Positions 1 to 13,341 of a DNA stretch of 64,000 nucleotides are shown one piece after another (positions within the stretch are counted from its first letter, which is position 1; every line of letters begins with the position of its first letter). The DNA lies in NCBI RefSeq assembly GCF_001194135.2, contig NC_068983.1, positions 76,026,086-76,090,085 on the forward strand. The letters run 5' to 3'. The position numbers were made by a program, and so were the translations under genes. Source of the stretch: Octopus bimaculoides (Eukaryota). The notes below the pieces were generated by a model. That model did no database searches and was not told the origin of the DNA. It worked only from the letters and a program-made list of their open reading frames with translations.

Positions 1-12
1 TATATGTATATG

Positions 13-43
<31 letters not shown>

Positions 44-559
44 GTATGCATATATATTTGCGCTTATTGTCTTCCCAGATATTTTGTAGTGTGCCTAGGA
101 AAGGATATAAGAGTATAAACAATATATGTATTATATGTACTTATTATAATACATATACCAAGTTTTCATTTCGAGTATTGTATCCTCCGCAATATTTGTT
201 ATTAAATCGTAGCTTTGTATTTGAATTAATTCTCTGATGTACAAAAATTCTAAAATTATATGAAGCCTGTACAAAAATATTCTCATGTCTCAGTAATACA
301 CATATAGACACAGTTACATACTCACGTCTACACAAGCACACAAAAATACACACACATACACATACACACATATAATATATTAAGATAGAGAATGACAAAG
401 AAAGAAAGAGACGGTAAGAAGAAGACCATGAATAGCGTATCAAAGAATATATATAGATGGCGAGACGTAACCTATCAATAAACCGTTTCTGTCTTTTAGA
501 TCTAGCTCCTGCTTGTTGAAAGTTTCTACTCGTTTATATGTATATATACACCCAATGGT

Positions 560-945
560 GTGGAGGCGCAATGGCCCAGTAGTTAGGGCAGCGGACTCGC
601 CGTCATAGGATCGCGGTTTCGATTTCCAGACCGTGAGTTGTGAGTGTTTATTGAGCGAAAACACCTAAAGTTCCACGAGGCTCCGGCAGGAGATGGTGGC
701 GAACCCTGCTGTACTTTTCCATCACAACTTTCACTCTTACTTCCTGTTTCTGTTGTGCTTGTAATTCAAAGGGTCAGCCTTGCCACACTCTGTATCACGC
801 TGAATATCCCCGAGAACTACGTTAAGGGTACACGTGTCTGTGGAGTGCTCAGCCACTTGCACGTTAATTTCACGAGCAGGCTGTTCTGTTGATCGGATCA
901 ACTGGAACCCTCCACGTCGTAAGCGACGGAGTGCCAACAACAACA
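560..945 (+). mobile_element. Full-length tRNA-derived SINE, family A copy 1
   Basis: Head GGAGGCGCAATGGCCCAGTAGTTAGGGCAGCGGACTCG...GGTTTCGATTTCC with A/B-box-like motifs and a tRNA-Arg-like TCG loop; (CAA)n tail; exact 12-bp TSD ACACCCAATGGT at 548-559 and 946-957; homologous copies at 11608 and 63680. Confidence 0.85.
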
Positions 946-1383
946 ACACCCAATGGTATATATGTTGTTTAATTTTCTTTAGGAACTTCCTCGTTATATC
1001 ACTTCAGAATTATTTGCAAGTGTGTAAATGTCTTGTAACTTTTAAGCCTCAGGTGTTAAATGTATTCACTTCATTCATAATTTATTTATGCACTTTTGAT
1101 AACTCAAAGTTACTACATGAGTCTCATATGATATACATGATTGGTTCAAGGATAAGGGCCTTTTAAAGGAGATTACTCGTGTGCATTCTTTAAAACATTT
1201 TCGCACCTCTTGAGAAGTGGAAAATTGTTTCTGCGTCGAACTGGTTACTTCGGGTGACTGACTTTGATGTCCTTAACGATATCTTGATTTTTCACAATTG
1301 CACTAGAATTGGATTTTATAAATATTAATATGAAATCTTTGATATTGCTTATTTTTCAATTCGTATGATATTAAAGTTTTAAT

Positions 1384-1430
<47 letters not shown>

Positions 1431-1580
1431 NNNNNNNNNNNNNNNNNNNNNNNNNNNNNNNNNNNNNNNNNNNNNNNNNNNNNNNNNNNNNNNNNNNNNN
1501 NNNNNNNNNNNNNNNNNNNNNNNNNNNNNNNNNNNNNNNNNNNNNNNNNNNNNNNNNNNNNNNNNNNNNNNNNNNNNNNN

Positions 1581-1645
<65 letters not shown>

Positions 1646-2309
1646 GTGTGTGTGTGTGTTTGTGTGTGTGCGTTTGTGTGTGTGCGTGCGCACTTTAATA
1701 TCATATATATACGAAATGTTATTAATCTCTAATTGTTAAACAGGCGGCGAGTTGGCGGAGTTGTTAGAGCATGAAATATAATGTCTCAAGTTATTTCTCC
1801 CCGAGATCAACTTTTCTTTCACTTTTTGGGTCAATAAAAATGTACTCGCCGTCGATCTATAGACACCAAAAGTATATAAATAAATTGTAAGTGAAAGTAA
1901 TACATTTATTAAGATAAGCACTTTAAACATTAAAAGTACTGGACTAAATGCGTTTGCAAGCAATAACTCTAAAGTAAAGAATCCATGGCTGTAGATTGGC
2001 AATGTAAGAGCAACTGCGCAGTAACTTGCAGTATTTACCCAGGCTCTTTGTATTTTTAGTTGCAATCCCGCTTAGACCTACTTCAGTGGTAGACTTGATC
2101 CGGTTTCAGTTTTAATGCCTCTACCTGCCATCTCTGTTGCTATAAAGGAATTTACTCTATTACTGGCATTCAGGCCTGTTCCTCCGGTTTGAGGATAAAT
2201 CTTTATCTTTCTCTGTCACCAGTCTCGGTGAACGTGAAATGTATCATTGACACTCCATTTCCTCTTGCCTAAAAAAGATTAAAAAAACAGGGCCATTCTA
2301 AGAAATTAT

Positions 2310-2430
2310 TCTTTTATTCTTTTATTACTTTCAGTCATTGAATTGCTGTGTTGGTGGAACCTACAAATGTTTTTAATCGAACATATCAACCGCAGTCTGT
2401 TATTTATATCTATTGGGCTGAATGGCTAAG
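2310..2430 (-). mobile_element. Decayed 3' tail of SINE family C
   Basis: CTTTTATTCTTTTATTACTTTCAGTCATTGA matches the reverse complement of the family C tail (ATGACTGAAACAAATAAAAG) seen at 13850 and 18660. Confidence 0.45.
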
Positions 2431-2640
2431 TTACTCTTTTAACATAAAACAGACGCAACAATGCACACCATTTTACACCAATATACGCAAAACAGAACCT
2501 CACACACACACACGCACACACAACACGCACATGCACACTCACACACGCACGCACACATACGTACATACACACAACCGCTCGTATGCATGTATGTATGTAT
2601 GTATGTATGTATGTATGTATGTATGCATGCATGTATGTAT

Positions 2641-2858
2641 GCCATAAAGTCTGCAAAACGGAGACCTCAAAAGACGTTTTAAGATTTACAAAGATAAGAG
2701 CTTATCTGCAGCTCTTGGTGGTCCAAATCAGATATGCAGTCTGTGGGTATCTTTTCAATACATTATCTGGTTTAAAAATCCACGTCAGAATCCATGTAAG
2801 ATCAAAGGGTTAAGTACAAGAGGTGGTCTGACTCTGCATAAGGAGTAGACAACCACCA
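2641..2858 (+). mobile_element. 3' end of an RTE-type LINE (terminal zinc-finger-like motif plus short 3' UTR)
   Basis: Translation YAVCGYLFNTLSGLKIHVRIH resembles the C-terminal C2H2-like motif of RTE ORFs; followed by a short UTR ending GAGTAGACAACCACC; flanked by (ATGT)n. Confidence 0.5.
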
Positions 2859-2921
2859 TGTATGTATACATGTATGTATGTATATATGTATGCAAGTGTG
2901 TATGTACATATGTTTGTGTGC

Positions 2922-2991
<70 letters not shown>

Positions 2992-3293
2992 GCGTGTATG
3001 TCTGTATCTGTTTGTAGCAGATTCCATTCACCATGCATCGGTCAGCCCGAGCTTAGAGCAGAAGACAATTATTCAAGGTACCATGCAAATGTATTGAGCA
3101 TAAAAACATGGTTATAAAGTTTATTTCTTAAACTCATGACTATGTTTGTACTCAGTGATATTCCAGAATCGTCTTGCTAGTGAAGGATAAAATAAACTAA
3201 AGAAATAGTTAAAAATGTAATGACTTGATTGGGCTGATGCCATGAATTTAGATAAATCAAGTAAATAGTAATTTAGTGAACGAGCTACGTAAC

Positions 3294-3456
3294 TGTTGTG
3301 TCGACGCGCCCAGGCGAAGAAGTAGGATCACCCAAGACATAAATAGAGGTAGTCTGGCCGTGGTAGGAGTGTTGAGTAGCAGTCGAGTAGCAGTTGTGTA
3401 GCGGTTAAGTAGAGATCATCCGAAGGTGATAGATAGCAGTAGCTTGAGACATAACA
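3294..3456 (+). mobile_element. Solo LTR, 163 bp
   Basis: Begins TGTTGTG, ends CATAACA (inverted termini, TG..CA); exact 5-bp TSD GTAAC on both sides; internal ATAAATAG; homologous copy at 15186-15361. Confidence 0.8.
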
Positions 3457-4160
3457 GTAACCAATTCTAAATTAATTGAAATCTGCTTCTTAATTGGGTA
3501 AGGAGTTGTTTCTTCTCAGCATCTATATTAATATTTGTATGACTACGTCTTAATTTCTTGAACTTGTCTCCCATTTTCTTTAAGAGTTAGAAACTATTAC
3601 CGCTAAATTTTTGTCAACTGAGCGACACATTTCGAATTGCAGCGAACAAGTCGATATTTTAAATCAGAAAAATATCTTTCCAAAGTAGGACCTGGTTCGT
3701 ACAGTAAGGATAAATTGCAAGCTTTTACTTCAGCGTGTTTAACTAGTGGAACAGCACTCTTAATTACTACTAATTTACGCCACTTGCTGTAACTCAAACA
3801 TGCTTCCAAAAATATTTCCATCGATTAACAAATTTAATATACCAACACAGAAATAATTATAAAGTTATAAAACAGTGATACAAATTCAACATTACATTAA
3901 CTCTTCAGCACGCATATATGCATATATCTAGCAGCTGATAAATACGCTGTAAACAGTGATCGTAAAATCCCTGAGTCCAGGCGTCTAGTTAGACAAATAT
4001 CGTATGTGGTAGCTTTTATTTGTTATCCCATCGATTATAAACACACACACACACATAATTGCCAACCAAGTGTAATGTCCTATACGGGACAGTGCTACTG
4101 ACGTTTATAGCCCCAGGAAGACATTTCCTCCAACTGGCTAACGACACACATTCTGTGTCC

Positions 4161-4215
4161 GATTACGGACTCAAGTTTCTGGGTGGTTACCCGTCCTCAG
4201 CGTTTTGTTAATCAC
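4161..4215 (-). ncRNA. Type I hammerhead ribozyme-like motif (HHR-A)
   Basis: Minus strand: GATT..ACG / CTGAGGA (fwd 4194-4200) / CGGG-TAACCA-CCCA / GAAA / CTTGAG / TC / CGT-AATC. Catalytic core intact, GUC triplet, helix I with a bulge, C.A mismatch at the base of helix II. Confidence 0.7.
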
Positions 4216-4321
4216 GAACCGTCGCTGATCTCGAAAAAGGAGAAATAAGCTATATTAAATCTCCGAGCGAGATGTAAATAATAGCAATAGATAGAGTAGG
4301 GTGAGTTTTCAGCACTAGCTG

Positions 4322-4375
4322 GTGATTAACACACGCTGAGGATGGGTAACCACCCAGAAACTCGACTCTGAGTGT
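4322..4375 (+). ncRNA. Type I hammerhead ribozyme-like motif (HHR-B), inverted sister of HHR-A
   Basis: ACACACG / CTGAGGA (4336-4342) / TGGG-TAACCA-CCCA / GAAA / CTCGAC / TC / TGAGTGT. Helix I pairs at 6 of 7 positions; the helix III closing G is changed to C. Confidence 0.55.
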
Positions 4376-4464
4376 AACACGTAAGGCTAGGGATGTATTA
4401 AACTAATTTAAATAAATGTATGTATGTATGTATGTATGTATGTATCTATCTATCTATCTATCTG

Positions 4465-4525
<61 letters not shown>

Positions 4526-4984
4526 TGATCGATCTACCGCAATATAAATCTATTTTTTTTAATGTATAAAAATTAGAAACATTGAGATATGTAGGAATTA
4601 GAAAGTTGTGAAGCAGGAGAGTTTTCCAAAATATTTTGTAACATAAGTGAAACGAAGTGGGCTTTCATTGAAAAATTTACCCAAATTGGGAACAGAATGC
4701 ATTGAGAATGCACTTCTGCAAAAGTTGTTCACCATCATTTAGTTCAACTACTTTTGTTTATAAAAATGAAAACCAATAAACGTGCATTGAAAATAGATTG
4801 TATTTTAATAAAAACTTTTAAATAATCGAAACGATAACTTGTTTGACAATATACCTACCAGTTGGATATTCATTCCAACTGCAAATTTGGAAGTAGCCAT
4901 TAACCATTGCAGCAAATGTCGAAATAAGCTCTTTCTATCCCATATTCTATCAAGTGTGATGACCCCATAGTTCGGTTATGTTGC

Positions 4985-5730
4985 CTACACTCTATACTTC
5001 AATGACCTGCAAAACGGCACGTCAAAATAGGTCCACTCTTATGCAGATAAAGCAACTCTTCATTCTTGACTAAGCCTTCATATGATGCATCTGCCGCGCA
5101 ATCTAGAGACCACATACAACATCTGCACTGGTTCCATCAACAGAAATGCGAAAGAATCCTTCAACAGAAGCATGCTAATCATACGTATTTAAATAGCATC
5201 CCTGCCAAATACCATCAGAACTTCTCATATCACGAAAACATAATCACATCGCAGGGTTCTTAAGCACGAACAGCATGCAATTATAGGCATCCTGATCTTT
5301 CCAAAAGTTAAGCTCACTATCATCGAGGATCTCTGGTAGCAAACTAGGACGGCATATCAGAAACTGGCCTTTGTTTTTAAACCAGAAATACCTCACCCTC
5401 CAACAGTTATTGACATTCTACAAAACTCAAATGAGTCCCACAATGAAATATTGTTCCACATCTGTGATGATGCTGATGATCTACACAAACACCCTTGGCC
5501 GATTTGGTATAACTCACAGACACACCCCAGCCTCTAGCCCACCTGCCCGCATGTGAATTACTTTCACTCTAACTTTTCTACCTACACGTGTTGGCATTTG
5601 CTTCTCGGAATTGGCTGGTCTTATGCCAAATTTACTTAACATCCTTAAATCTCTCATCTCCCTTACTGTCATTATACATTTTGTGTGTAATCTCCACACC
5701 TCATTCTAACCGTTATGCCTAGCTCTTGTA
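4985..5730 (+). mobile_element. Decayed CR1/L2-group LINE reverse transcriptase fragment
   Basis: Frames give YFNDL...VHSYADKATLHS (RT YADD region) and QKYLTLQQLLTFYKTQMSPTMKYCS (thumb region, cf. YKAQIRPTLEYCS); multiple stops and frameshifts. Confidence 0.7.
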
Positions 5731-7049
5731 CTCACCAAAATTAGACTTTTGATATCTTTTCTTTGTCCAACACCTTTTTTACAGGTGTTGCTTTGCAAAG
5801 CAACACATCATTCTCACCACCTTAACATTTCTAACAGTGGATATTTGTTGGGAAATAATTTTGTTCTATACTTGCAATATCGTATCATTCTATCCAGAGA
5901 GTAGTTTATATTTCAGATATTAGGCACTGATTAATTTTCATTGTTTTATGAGACCTTATGAATCGTTGAATAATTTACTATTGTATTATAATAGATTATT
6001 AAATGTTTTTTCAGCAATTTAAACTCAGATATGGTGGGTCATTATTTCTGGTTTACGTTAGAAAACTGATCTGAATTACACAAATGAGAAAAGGCAGTAA
6101 TGTTCTAACGCTACGATCAGTACTTGCCATAAAATTGCAAACTTAAGTAGTAAGCTCATGTGTTTATGTAGATAGTTGGATAAGTATGAGTAAACTCTAC
6201 CCATAGCTATTTAATGTCTGTTTTAAGCCCGAATTGAAAAGGTAAGACATCATTGCTGGACACATGTCTCACCAAGATTTTAACGAGAGACATTGAAAAG
6301 TGATTAAACCTACATTACTTTAGAGATAAAGAAATGACAGCATTGCTATTGAAAATCTAGATGTAGTAGTGGTATATGGATTAAGATGGAAGACATAAGT
6401 ATTACATCTGACTGTAGGAATATGTATTTCTAATTTTAGTAACAAAAAAGCCCCAATTTTTTGCCTAATTCTACTCATTGCTTAGCGTAAACAAAGTTGA
6501 AATATTTTTGTGTATATCTGGTAATCTTTTCGCTTTCACGACAGATAACATTCTATTTAACTTTACCTTTCTACCTGTAAAATAACCCTCCAATGTGTGA
6601 CTAATTAACTAATTTTATTCTAAATCACATTAAATATTTGTCTACCAGCTAATGAAGGATATTTTGGATATTATCTCGCAAGCTTTGTGTAGCAGCCAAA
6701 TCTCTTGATCATTAGCTAAAAAATGGGTGGGTGGGGTAAAGATTATCTGCCTAAATCGTAAAATGATATTTTCACAATAAAACAGGATAGAATACCAACC
6801 AAATAGGCTCGCCCAAACTGAGTTGAATAGATAATAAATGATCAAATATATCACCAAAATTGGCCATGATTCATGGATAGCTATTTTATACCGAGTGATC
6901 TTCTCTCACCCTGATTTAAAGTTATATCAATTAGCTATTAATGAATCGTATTACTACCTGCCTTATCACAACTTTAGTATGTAATCAATATTATTAATTA
7001 TTGCAATCTTGCAGGAACCGAACGTGAAAGAAACCACTGAGGGACTAAA

Positions 7050-7190
7050 TCAACTCCATTCCATTATTTCTGGTTGTGAGCAGGAGGAAGATATTGCCAG
7101 CATATAATTAAACATGGGTTTAGACGAGATATCTTCAACTCGTCGAAGTTATTTTAAATTGTATTCGAGTTTTAATGAATTGCTGAACGA
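7050..7190 (+). repeat. Diverged interspersed repeat of unknown class, homologous to 8915-9045
   Basis: Collinear blocks TTATTYCTGRTTGWGAGC, TATTGCCRGYRTATAATTAAA and GTCGAAGTTATTTTAAATT..TTTTAATGAATT shared by both loci. Confidence 0.6.
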
Positions 7191-7801
7191 AATAAAATAA
7201 AAAGGAAACCGGTCATCAAAAGTATCTAAACCTAATTATTTCTACTTGAAGTTCAAACAAAAAACACCAGCCATAAAATCCAAGTTTAAATTTGATGTTT
7301 ATTACGAAGTATTCTCAAAGTCACGTAACAAAAGTATGTAAATACTTGTGGTAAGTTGAAAAGTTCATGTTTAAGATACTTTGTGCAAGTAGATAAATTA
7401 GACTATACCCAATAGTAGCATGTCAATTAAGTTTCAATGAAACAATAAATTTTATAATGAAGTAAGAATGAGCAAGATAAAATCAAATAAAGAATAATTG
7501 AAAACCTTTAGTTCTGAAAGTACTTAAGTAACACGAAAATCAATGCGCCTGATGGGAACAGAAGCTGAAGATACTTGAAAGTAGAGGCAGTAATTTAGTA
7601 AGATGAATAAGAGATCTGATATATTTGATTATTGTAAATCACCAGCTTGCTCATCAATAAATATGGTCATTGATGAAACTTTATTTATTTTGTATCGCAT
7701 TTGATCACAAGTTTCCCTCGGACCAATCACTTGTTTATCGCATTTCTGACAGTGCGAGATATAAGTATTCTATGATTTTTCTGCTCCTCTAGTATATATA
7801 T

Positions 7802-8533
7802 ATCATCATCATTACATCATCGTTTAACGTCCGCCTTCCACGCTAGCATGGGTTGGACGATTTGACTGAGGACTGGCGAATCAGATGGCTACATCAGGCT
7901 CCAATCTGATTTGGCAGAGTTTCTACAGCTGGATGCCCTTCCTAACGTCACCCACTCCGTGAGCGTGGTGGGTGCTTTTACGTGCCACCGGCACGAATGT
8001 CAGTCAGGCGGTACTGGCAACGGCCACGCTCAAAATGGTGTATTTTACGTTCCACCTGCACAAGAGCCAGTCCAGCGGCACTGGCAACGACCTCGTCTGA
8101 ATGTCTTTTCACGTGCCTCCGGCACAAGTGCCAGTAAGGCGACGCTGGTAACGATCACGCTCAAATGGTGATGTTTACGGGAGTCTGGCACGGAAGCCAG
8201 ACAGCTGCTCTAGCAACGATCACGCTCGTACGGTGCTCTTAGCGCTCCAGTGGTGCAGGTGCCATCACGATTTCGCTTTCACTTGCCTCAACAGGTTGTC
8301 GCAAGTCGAGTTTAGTGTCCAATGAAGGAGAGGTTGGCACAGGTGCCAGTTTTCGAGTTTGGTTTGATTTCAAGTTCACTTGCCTCAACAGGTCTTCGGA
8401 AGCGGAGTTTAGTGTTCAATGAAGGAAAGATACACATAAGTGGGCTGGCAACACCCCTGGCAGAGGCCTCGGATTATGGTCTCACTTGGCTTACCGGGTC
8501 TTCTCACGCACAGCATATTTCCAAAGGTCTCGG

Positions 8534-8536
<3 letters not shown>
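7802..8536 (-). mobile_element. 3' end of an RTE-type LINE with minisatellite-bearing 3' UTR and (GAT)n tail
   Basis: Minus translation CDRDLWKYAVREKTR* resembles RTE ORF ends (DRxxWRxxV); long UTR with 64-67-bp units; ends GGACGTTAAACGATGATG. Confidence 0.7.
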
Positions 8537-8567
<31 letters not shown>

Positions 8568-10129
8568 CACATATATATCGGTGAAAAGTGCACACACATA
8601 TACCACTCCGAACAAACTCACATACATGCTCACACGCACATTTTTGTATTCAGTTTCTGTCCATCTGATTCCATTTACGATGTATTGGTCTACTTAAGGA
8701 TGTAGCAGAATATATTTGCTCAAGATACCATGCTGTGAGATCGAACATGGAACCAAATGGTTGCGAAATCAACTTGTTTATCACTCAACAATACTTTCAC
8801 ACATTTAGAGGCAATTTCTTGACACAATGAATCTAAAACTGGGTTTTAAAACCTAATTGTAAGTCTTTCATTTAATTGTTAATTAATGTGTTCGGAGCAG
8901 TCACGAATGTAACAACTCTTGGTTATTCCTGATTGAGAGCGCGGCAATGGTATTGCCGGTGTATAATTAAATACGGACTTAAAGAAGGTATCTGTTGTTT
9001 GTCGAAGTTATTTTAAATTCTATTTTTATTTTAATGAATTACCAACTTAGACCCTCACGAAGACAAGTAGGAGCATAATCTGAGTATTAGCACCATTCAT
9101 AATATAGTATGATAACAATTTATCAAGAAATTAATGACGTTAGTGTGTGGGATAAATAGATGCCCAAGATTTGACTTAATTTAAAGGCCCCGTAATATTC
9201 AGGAAGGCGATTTTCTCAAGTGCTTTAGTAGCATAGGTGAAATAGTTTTAGCTGGTAAATGAAGCATATTAACAATTTGTATTTCTCAAGCTGACGCTAG
9301 GACACGAACTTACTAACCGGACTTCGTTACATGTTTTACAAACCATAGAAGAATAAACGTTCAAGCAGGTTTCGGCGAGATTCGAACTATAAAATGAACT
9401 GAAACATAAATAATATGTACAAGAGCGCATAAACATTTTTACCTCCCCACCGCTTTATATTTATATATTTTAACTAGAATTATTTCGCATGTTTATCCAT
9501 TTATTTGCCTATATATTTACCTAATTATTTCTCTATCTATTTGTATGTTTTTTTGGCTCTCCATGCTTCCTGGTCAGTTATTAGACGTCTGATACATAGT
9601 TGGATGTCTGCCATATGTCTGTACTTAGCTGCAACACATTAAGATTAAGGAGCGTTTAAGTCAATAATTTCATTTCTTTACTTGAAGAGAAATTATAGTT
9701 CTCTTGTTTAGTTTCAGTCTTGAAAATTTTCTTATGAGATAAATACAAAATGTTTCTTTTACTTTCTTAAACTGTTCCTTTTCTTTATTAGTTAAATGTA
9801 AAGTATGTGTTACGGCGTAAGAAGAATATTATTTTTTTTCTATTTCCGTTAAATCAATTCAAAACACAGCTGGCTGTGTTGAAAGTGTGTTAACAGGCAG
9901 AAGGGTAATCTTTTTGCATAACATCAATTTACTCTACCCACCTAGTTGCAAGTATGTGCAAATGGGTGGTACAATTTAGTACTGAATGTTATGGAGGCTC
10001 TTTGTGATCAACGAATGTTTCATTATCTAACAGCATTGAGTTCAAAAATTCTTTGGTCTAGATTAAAAAGTGATACTTCTATCCTCTTGATTCTATAAGA
10101 TCACACTATTGCGGCACGTTTTAACAGAA

Positions 10130-10760
10130 CACTCCGCGCCCCATTGTCAATCAACTGTAGCGTGCTACAGGGTTCGGTTTTATGTCGTATTCCCTTCTAT
10201 ATATCAATAACCTAATTGCAGCCACATCGAATTATTCCCACTGTTATATAGATGGTATAAACCTTTAGTCATTGTATTATCTACACCCAACAAAGAAATC
10301 TCAGGCCAAAATTGAATTAATTCTATGAACGGAAACCTTGAGAAATCATTCAATGGGGTCATGCCAACCTTGTTTATTTTAACAGCAAAACTACAACACA
10401 AGCATTTCTCATACCAAGGAAACACTACTACACTCCACATTCTTAAACACGAACGGCACTCACTATAGCCATCACACCCACTCTAAACACCTGGCTACTT
10501 ATAAGCAAGCGTCCCTCCTAACAAAAGCACATAGTTAGCCGAGTTAGGACTACAGCTCAAAGACTGGTACTTGTCTACAGTACCTGAAATTATTTTGCTC
10601 CTCAATATCTGTTGACATACTTCGAAGCTCAAATGAGAACAACAATGAAAGCTGCTTCTAGATTTGAGACAATGAGATTACTATGCACATGGACATCCTG
10701 GACTGCATCTAGAGAAAGGTTGTTCGACTGATTGACATTCAATCCTTATGAGACACGTTT
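10130..10760 (+). mobile_element. Decayed CR1/L2-group LINE RT fragment, same group as 4985-5730
   Basis: SVLQGSVL (cf. GVPQGSVL), LYINNL, QWGHANLVYFNSKT and NYFAPQYLLTYFEAQMRTTM motifs with frameshifts. Confidence 0.65.
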
Positions 10761-11414
10761 CATCATCGAACTCACTGGTGTCCTGTCCTCGGACCAACGA
10801 CCGTCTGGAATGCTTCACTTGCATATGTCTTCACCGTCAAAACTTTCAACGGAATGCTAATAACACCAAACTCATTGGTCTAGAGGACTCACAAAGGTCA
10901 TGAGCGTTGACGCTTCTTCTAGTCATAGCTAGCTTAAAAAACACCCTTACAAGAAGGTAAAGTTTTCAGATTTCAGGAGTCGAAACCAAGATCTTGCCAT
11001 CGTTTGTGCAACACCTTAACCATTAAGTGCATATAAGAATTCTTTAGCCTCGTATCCACTTGTCCTCTCTGTTTTCAAACTGAATGATTTCCAGATGCTT
11101 TTATAAAAGAATGCACAGATACACATTTCAGACACACACATACACACGCACGACCATCCGCACAGTCATACTGGTAGACAAGTACACACAAGTTTAAATA
11201 GGTACAAAAATATAAACATTCAAGATTATATATGGAGATAAAGCCAATCGTTCTGCCAGACATTAACAATATCAATCCGCTTGTACCCTAGATGAAGCTA
11301 ATTATGCTGCAGGACCCAAGTCAATGATACTTAAATTTATGCTGAATGCGAACTGAAGCGATATTAATAATACTATTTCCTGTCATAGTAATTATATCTT
11401 ATATGTATCTATTC

Positions 11415-11501
<87 letters not shown>

Positions 11502-11607
11502 ATCTATATATATATGTCTACACACACACGTACACACACTCGCACAAACACGTGTGTGTACGTATATATATGACGATATGTGTGTGTGTGTGTGTGTGTG
11601 CGTGTTT

Positions 11608-12261
11608 GTGGAGGCGCAATGGCCCAGTGGTTAGGGCAGCGGACTCGCGGTCATGTGATCGCGGTTTCGATTCCCAGACCGGCGTTGTGAGTGTTTATTG
11701 AGCGAAAACACCTAAAGCTCCACGAGGCCCCGGCAAGGGGTGGTGGTGAACCCCTCTGTACTTTTTCACCACAACTTTCTCTATTAATCGACTTTTCGCT
11801 CTCTTTTCCTCACTATATGATCTTTATTCCTGTTTCTTATTTCTTTATTACCCACAAGGGGCTAAACATAGAGGGGAAAACAAGGATAGACAGAGGGATT
11901 AAGCTGATTGCAAAAACTCCAGTGCGTAACTGATATTTAATTTATCGACCCCGAAAGCATGAAAGGCAAAGTCGACCTCGGCGGAATTTAAACTCATACC
12001 GCAGACGAAATACTGCTAAACATTTCGCCAGGCGTGCTAAGGTTTCTGCCAGCATGCTGCCTTAATAGCAAGTTCCTGTTTCTGTATCTCTCAAATGGTC
12101 AGCCTTGTCACACACTGTGTCAAGTTGAATCTCCCCGAGGACTATGCTAGGGGTACACATGTCTGTGGAGTGCTCAGCCACTTACACGTTAATTTCACGA
12201 GCAGGCTGTTCCGTTGATCGGATCAACTGAAACCCACGTCGTCGTAACCGACAGAGTGCCA

Positions 12262-12262
<1 letters not shown>
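11608..12262 (+). mobile_element. SINE family A copy 2, interrupted by a family B SINE
   Basis: Head 11608-11780 and body/tail 12073-12262 are collinear with copy 1. Confidence 0.85.
11838..12072 (-). mobile_element. SINE family B nested in family A copy 2
   Basis: Minus strand AAGGCAGCATGCTGGCAGAAACCTTAG...GAGGTCGACTTTGCCTTTCATGCTTTCGGGGTCGATAAA; 11-bp TSD TTCCTGTTTCT at 11827-11837 and 12073-12083. Confidence 0.8.
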
Positions 12263-12296
<34 letters not shown>

Positions 12297-13123
12297 NNNN
12301 NNNNNNNNNNNNNNNNNNNNNNNNNNNNNNNNNNNNNNNNNNNNNNNNNNNNNNNNNNNNNNNNNNNNNNNNNNNNNNNNNNNNNNNNNNNNNNNNNNNN
12401 NNNNNNNNNNNNNNNNNNNNNNNNNNNNNNNNNNNNNNNNNNNNNNNNNNNNNNNNNNNNNNNNNNNNNNNNNNNNNNNNNNNNNNNNNNNNNNNNNNNN
12501 NNNNNNNNNNNNNNNNNNNNNNNNNNNNNNNNNNNNNNNNNNNNNNNNNNNNNNNNNNNNNNNNNNNNNNNNNNNNNNNNNNNNNNNNNNNNNNNNNNNN
12601 NNNNNNNNNNNNNNNNNNNNNNNNNNNNNNNNNNNNNNNNNNNNNNNNNNNNNNNNNNNNNNNNNNNNNNNNNNNNNNNNNNNNNNNNNNNNNNNNNNNN
12701 NNNNNNNNNNNNNNNNNNNNNNNNNNNNNNNNNNNNNNNNNNNNNNNNNNNNNNNNNNNNNNNNNNNNNNNNNNNNNNNNNNNNNNNNNNNNNNNNNNNN
12801 NNNNNNNNNNNNNNNNNNNNNNNNNNNNNNNNNNNNNNNNNNNNNNNNNNNNNNNNNNNNNNNNNNNNNNNNNNNNNNNNNNNNNNNNNNNNNNNNNNNN
12901 NNNNNNNNNNNNNNNNNNNNNNNNNNNNNNNNNNNNNNNNNNNNNNNNNNNNNNNNNNNNNNNNNNNNNNNNNNNNNNNNNNNNNNNNNNNNNNNNNNNN
13001 NNNNNNNNNNNNNNNNNNNNNNNNNNNNNNNNNNNNNNNNNNNNNNNNNNNNNNNNNNNNNNNNNNNNNNNNNNNNNNNNNNNNNNNNNNNNNNNNNNNN
13101 NNNNNNNNNNNNNNNNNNNNNNN

Positions 13124-13183
<60 letters not shown>

Positions 13184-13341
13184 GGTATGTATGAATATAT
13201 ATGCCTATTTCTGTGTGTGTGTCTTGTGGTTGTGCTTGTCTCCTACCAAGACTTGAGCTAGGTGTTGGGTTGTTTACGCCTGTATAACTTAGCAGTTCGG
13301 CATAAGTAACCGATATAGTAAATATCAAGCTTCGAAAATAT

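Noticed and set aside
560-640. tRNA gene calls for SINE heads (also 11608, 36976, 63680)
   Set aside because: They lack a complete cloverleaf or acceptor stem and continue into shared SINE bodies with tails and TSDs.
3603-3821. 72-codon minus-strand ORF
   Set aside because: Short, with no recognisable motif or convincing splice signals.
7015-7107. Apparent terminal exon (TTGCAG acceptor, EPNVKETTEGLNQLHSIISGCEQEEDIASI*, downstream AATAAA)
   Set aside because: Its 3' half and flank align with a second diverged repeat copy at 8915-9045, so it is more likely part of an old interspersed repeat.
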